Shown here: in pieces, positions 62,934-64,000 of the stretch | Layout: the number at the start of each line of letters is the position of its first letter | Numbering within the stretch: position 1 is the first letter of the stretch | Assembly: GCA_028279595.1 (NCBI GenBank) | Contig: JANQNK010000003.1 | Location: 128,001-192,000 of the forward strand | Length of the DNA: 64,000 bases | Direction: 5' to 3' | From: Thermoplasmatota archaeon | Lineage (GTDB): Archaea > Thermoplasmatota > JAKEGO01 | Position numbers and translations under genes: made by a program | Notes under the pieces: model-generated | Seen by the model: the letters and a program-made list of their open reading frames with translations, nothing else | What the model was told of the DNA's origin: nothing | The model's database searches: none

Positions 62934-64000
62934 ATGAAGGGAATAATCACTAAATGGATTGTTATTCAAATAATCGTTTTATTAATTATTAGTTCGGTGA
63001 CATATTTATACGGGAAAGAGTTGAAGAAAGAGGAAGAAGAAATAGTGGGTCGGTATAAAACTAGAAATCCTAACGATATTATATTCGATAAGACTATGAC
63101 ATATACATTATATCAATCAATGATTGGTGATTTACATATTGAGAATTCTCTGGATCAATTTCCGTTTACGCCAGAAAATGAAAATCAGACAAGATATGAT
63201 AACAATAATTATACAAATTCGTTTTATGCAGATTGTCAAGTAACAACAAATTCGTCACATGTAACAGATGAAAACTTAGTATGGATGTTTCCAGATCCAT
63301 GGGATGATGGAATGCGACCCATGGGGTCGGTTCTATTAACAACATATGTGAATATTACACATGATTGTCATCTTAATGATGCGTTATTCAGTTTCTGGTT
63401 AACAGCTCGGTGTGATGATGAAGAATATAAAAATAGCCAAATCGATTTTAAAATGAAATCTTCAATATTATTACCTGATAAATTGATGACAGATCGATTA
63501 AGAGATACTAGGGGTCGGATGATGTTTTCTCCAAATGAGACAATTCGTGTTGGAGAGCAGAAGCAAATTATCTTTGATTTTAATTTCATAAATCCTTCGA
63601 CATGGAGATTAAATACGGGTGATAAATTATTATTTCAGTTACAATATTGGATTATGAATCCAATAATATTAGATCCAATTCAAAACGTGTCAGAGGAAAA
63701 TGTACCGGTGAAATTATTTTTAATTTATGGTGGTGTTAATCCATCTTATTATAATATTTCATTAGAAAGGGGTATTGGATTAATTCATGAGATTGATTAT
63801 TCATTTAATGAACCAAACGAATATCGATATTGTTTTATTCCTCCAATTAATCATTCGATTAATAAGGTAACATTAGTTATTGAGGGATTAAATCTAGAAT
63901 ATATTTCTTTTTATTCCTCCTTGTCAATGAATAATGGTGATAGACTAAACAAAAGTTGGGTTTATATTTATTTACCATATAATTACCATCCCTGTTTAAC
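62934..64000 (+). CDS. AT-rich secreted/membrane-anchored protein (runs off window end)
   Basis: GGAGTGGTGA SD, MKGIITKWIVIQIIVLLIISSVTYLYG N-terminus, frame open to 64000; absent from the ORF track because it has no stop in the window. Confidence 0.8.
   Translation, partial: MKGIITKWIVIQIIVLLIISSVTYLYGKELKKEEEEIVGRYKTRNPNDIIFDKTMTYTLYQSMIGDLHIENSLDQFPFTPENENQTRYDNNNYTNSFYADCQVTTNSSHVTDENLVWMFPDPWDDGMRPMGSVLLTTYVNITHDCHLNDALFSFWLTARCDDEEYKNSQIDFKMKSSILLPDKLMTDRLRDTRGRMMFSPNETIRVGEQKQIIFDFNFINPSTWRLNTGDKLLFQLQYWIMNPIILDPIQNVSEENVPVKLFLIYGGVNPSYYNISLERGIGLIHEIDYSFNEPNEYRYCFIPPINHSINKVTLVIEGLNLEYISFYSSLSMNNGDRLNKSWVYIYLPYNYHPCL

Larger units (their letters stand above)
59888..64000. mobile_element. 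Putative tRNA-integrated element / genomic island (left end; continues past window)
   Basis: att-like fragment coincides with a shift to AT-rich sequence, orphan ORFs, a decayed gene and an RHH gene; no integrase within the window. Confidence 0.6.

Noticed and set aside
1-64000. Pyrrolysine or selenocysteine read-through
   Set aside because: Recognisable genes end at expected lengths; I saw no conserved domain split by an in-frame TAG or TGA

Overview
A gene-dense, GC-rich archaeal chromosomal segment. A Thermoplasmatota-like euryarchaeon is my inference, from DUF835, PGF/PEF-type sorting tails, NosD surface proteins and a methanogen-type SerRS, with no methanogenesis genes in view. It carries translation and RNA genes (tsr3, tyrS, rps19e-PDCD5-rpl39e-rpl31e-eif6, rlmE, a beta-CASP nuclease, a type-2 serS) and a bacterial-style PFK plus class II aldolase operon. 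It also holds a type IV pilus locus with an MraY/AglH-like transferase, several secreted proteins, a bcd-etfBA operon, a QueF-motif protein, and a metal/metalloid cluster (Zn/Mn-type ABC transporter flanked by two different NikR-family regulators, two TauE proteins, AbrB, ArsM). At about 59.9 kb a tRNA 3'-end fragment (att-like) marks the start of an AT-rich putative integrated element that runs off the window. Best novelty candidates: the two-NikR metal-uptake circuit with an operator array, two tandem 48-aa Cys/His microprotein paralogs missed by the ORF track, the tRNA-anchored element, the QueF-motif protein and adjacent structured intergenic RNA candidate, and a pilin head domain fused to a polytopic membrane protein. 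No rRNA, intact tRNA, CRISPR array, transposase or integrase was found. All calls come from motif recognition by eye; no searches were run.
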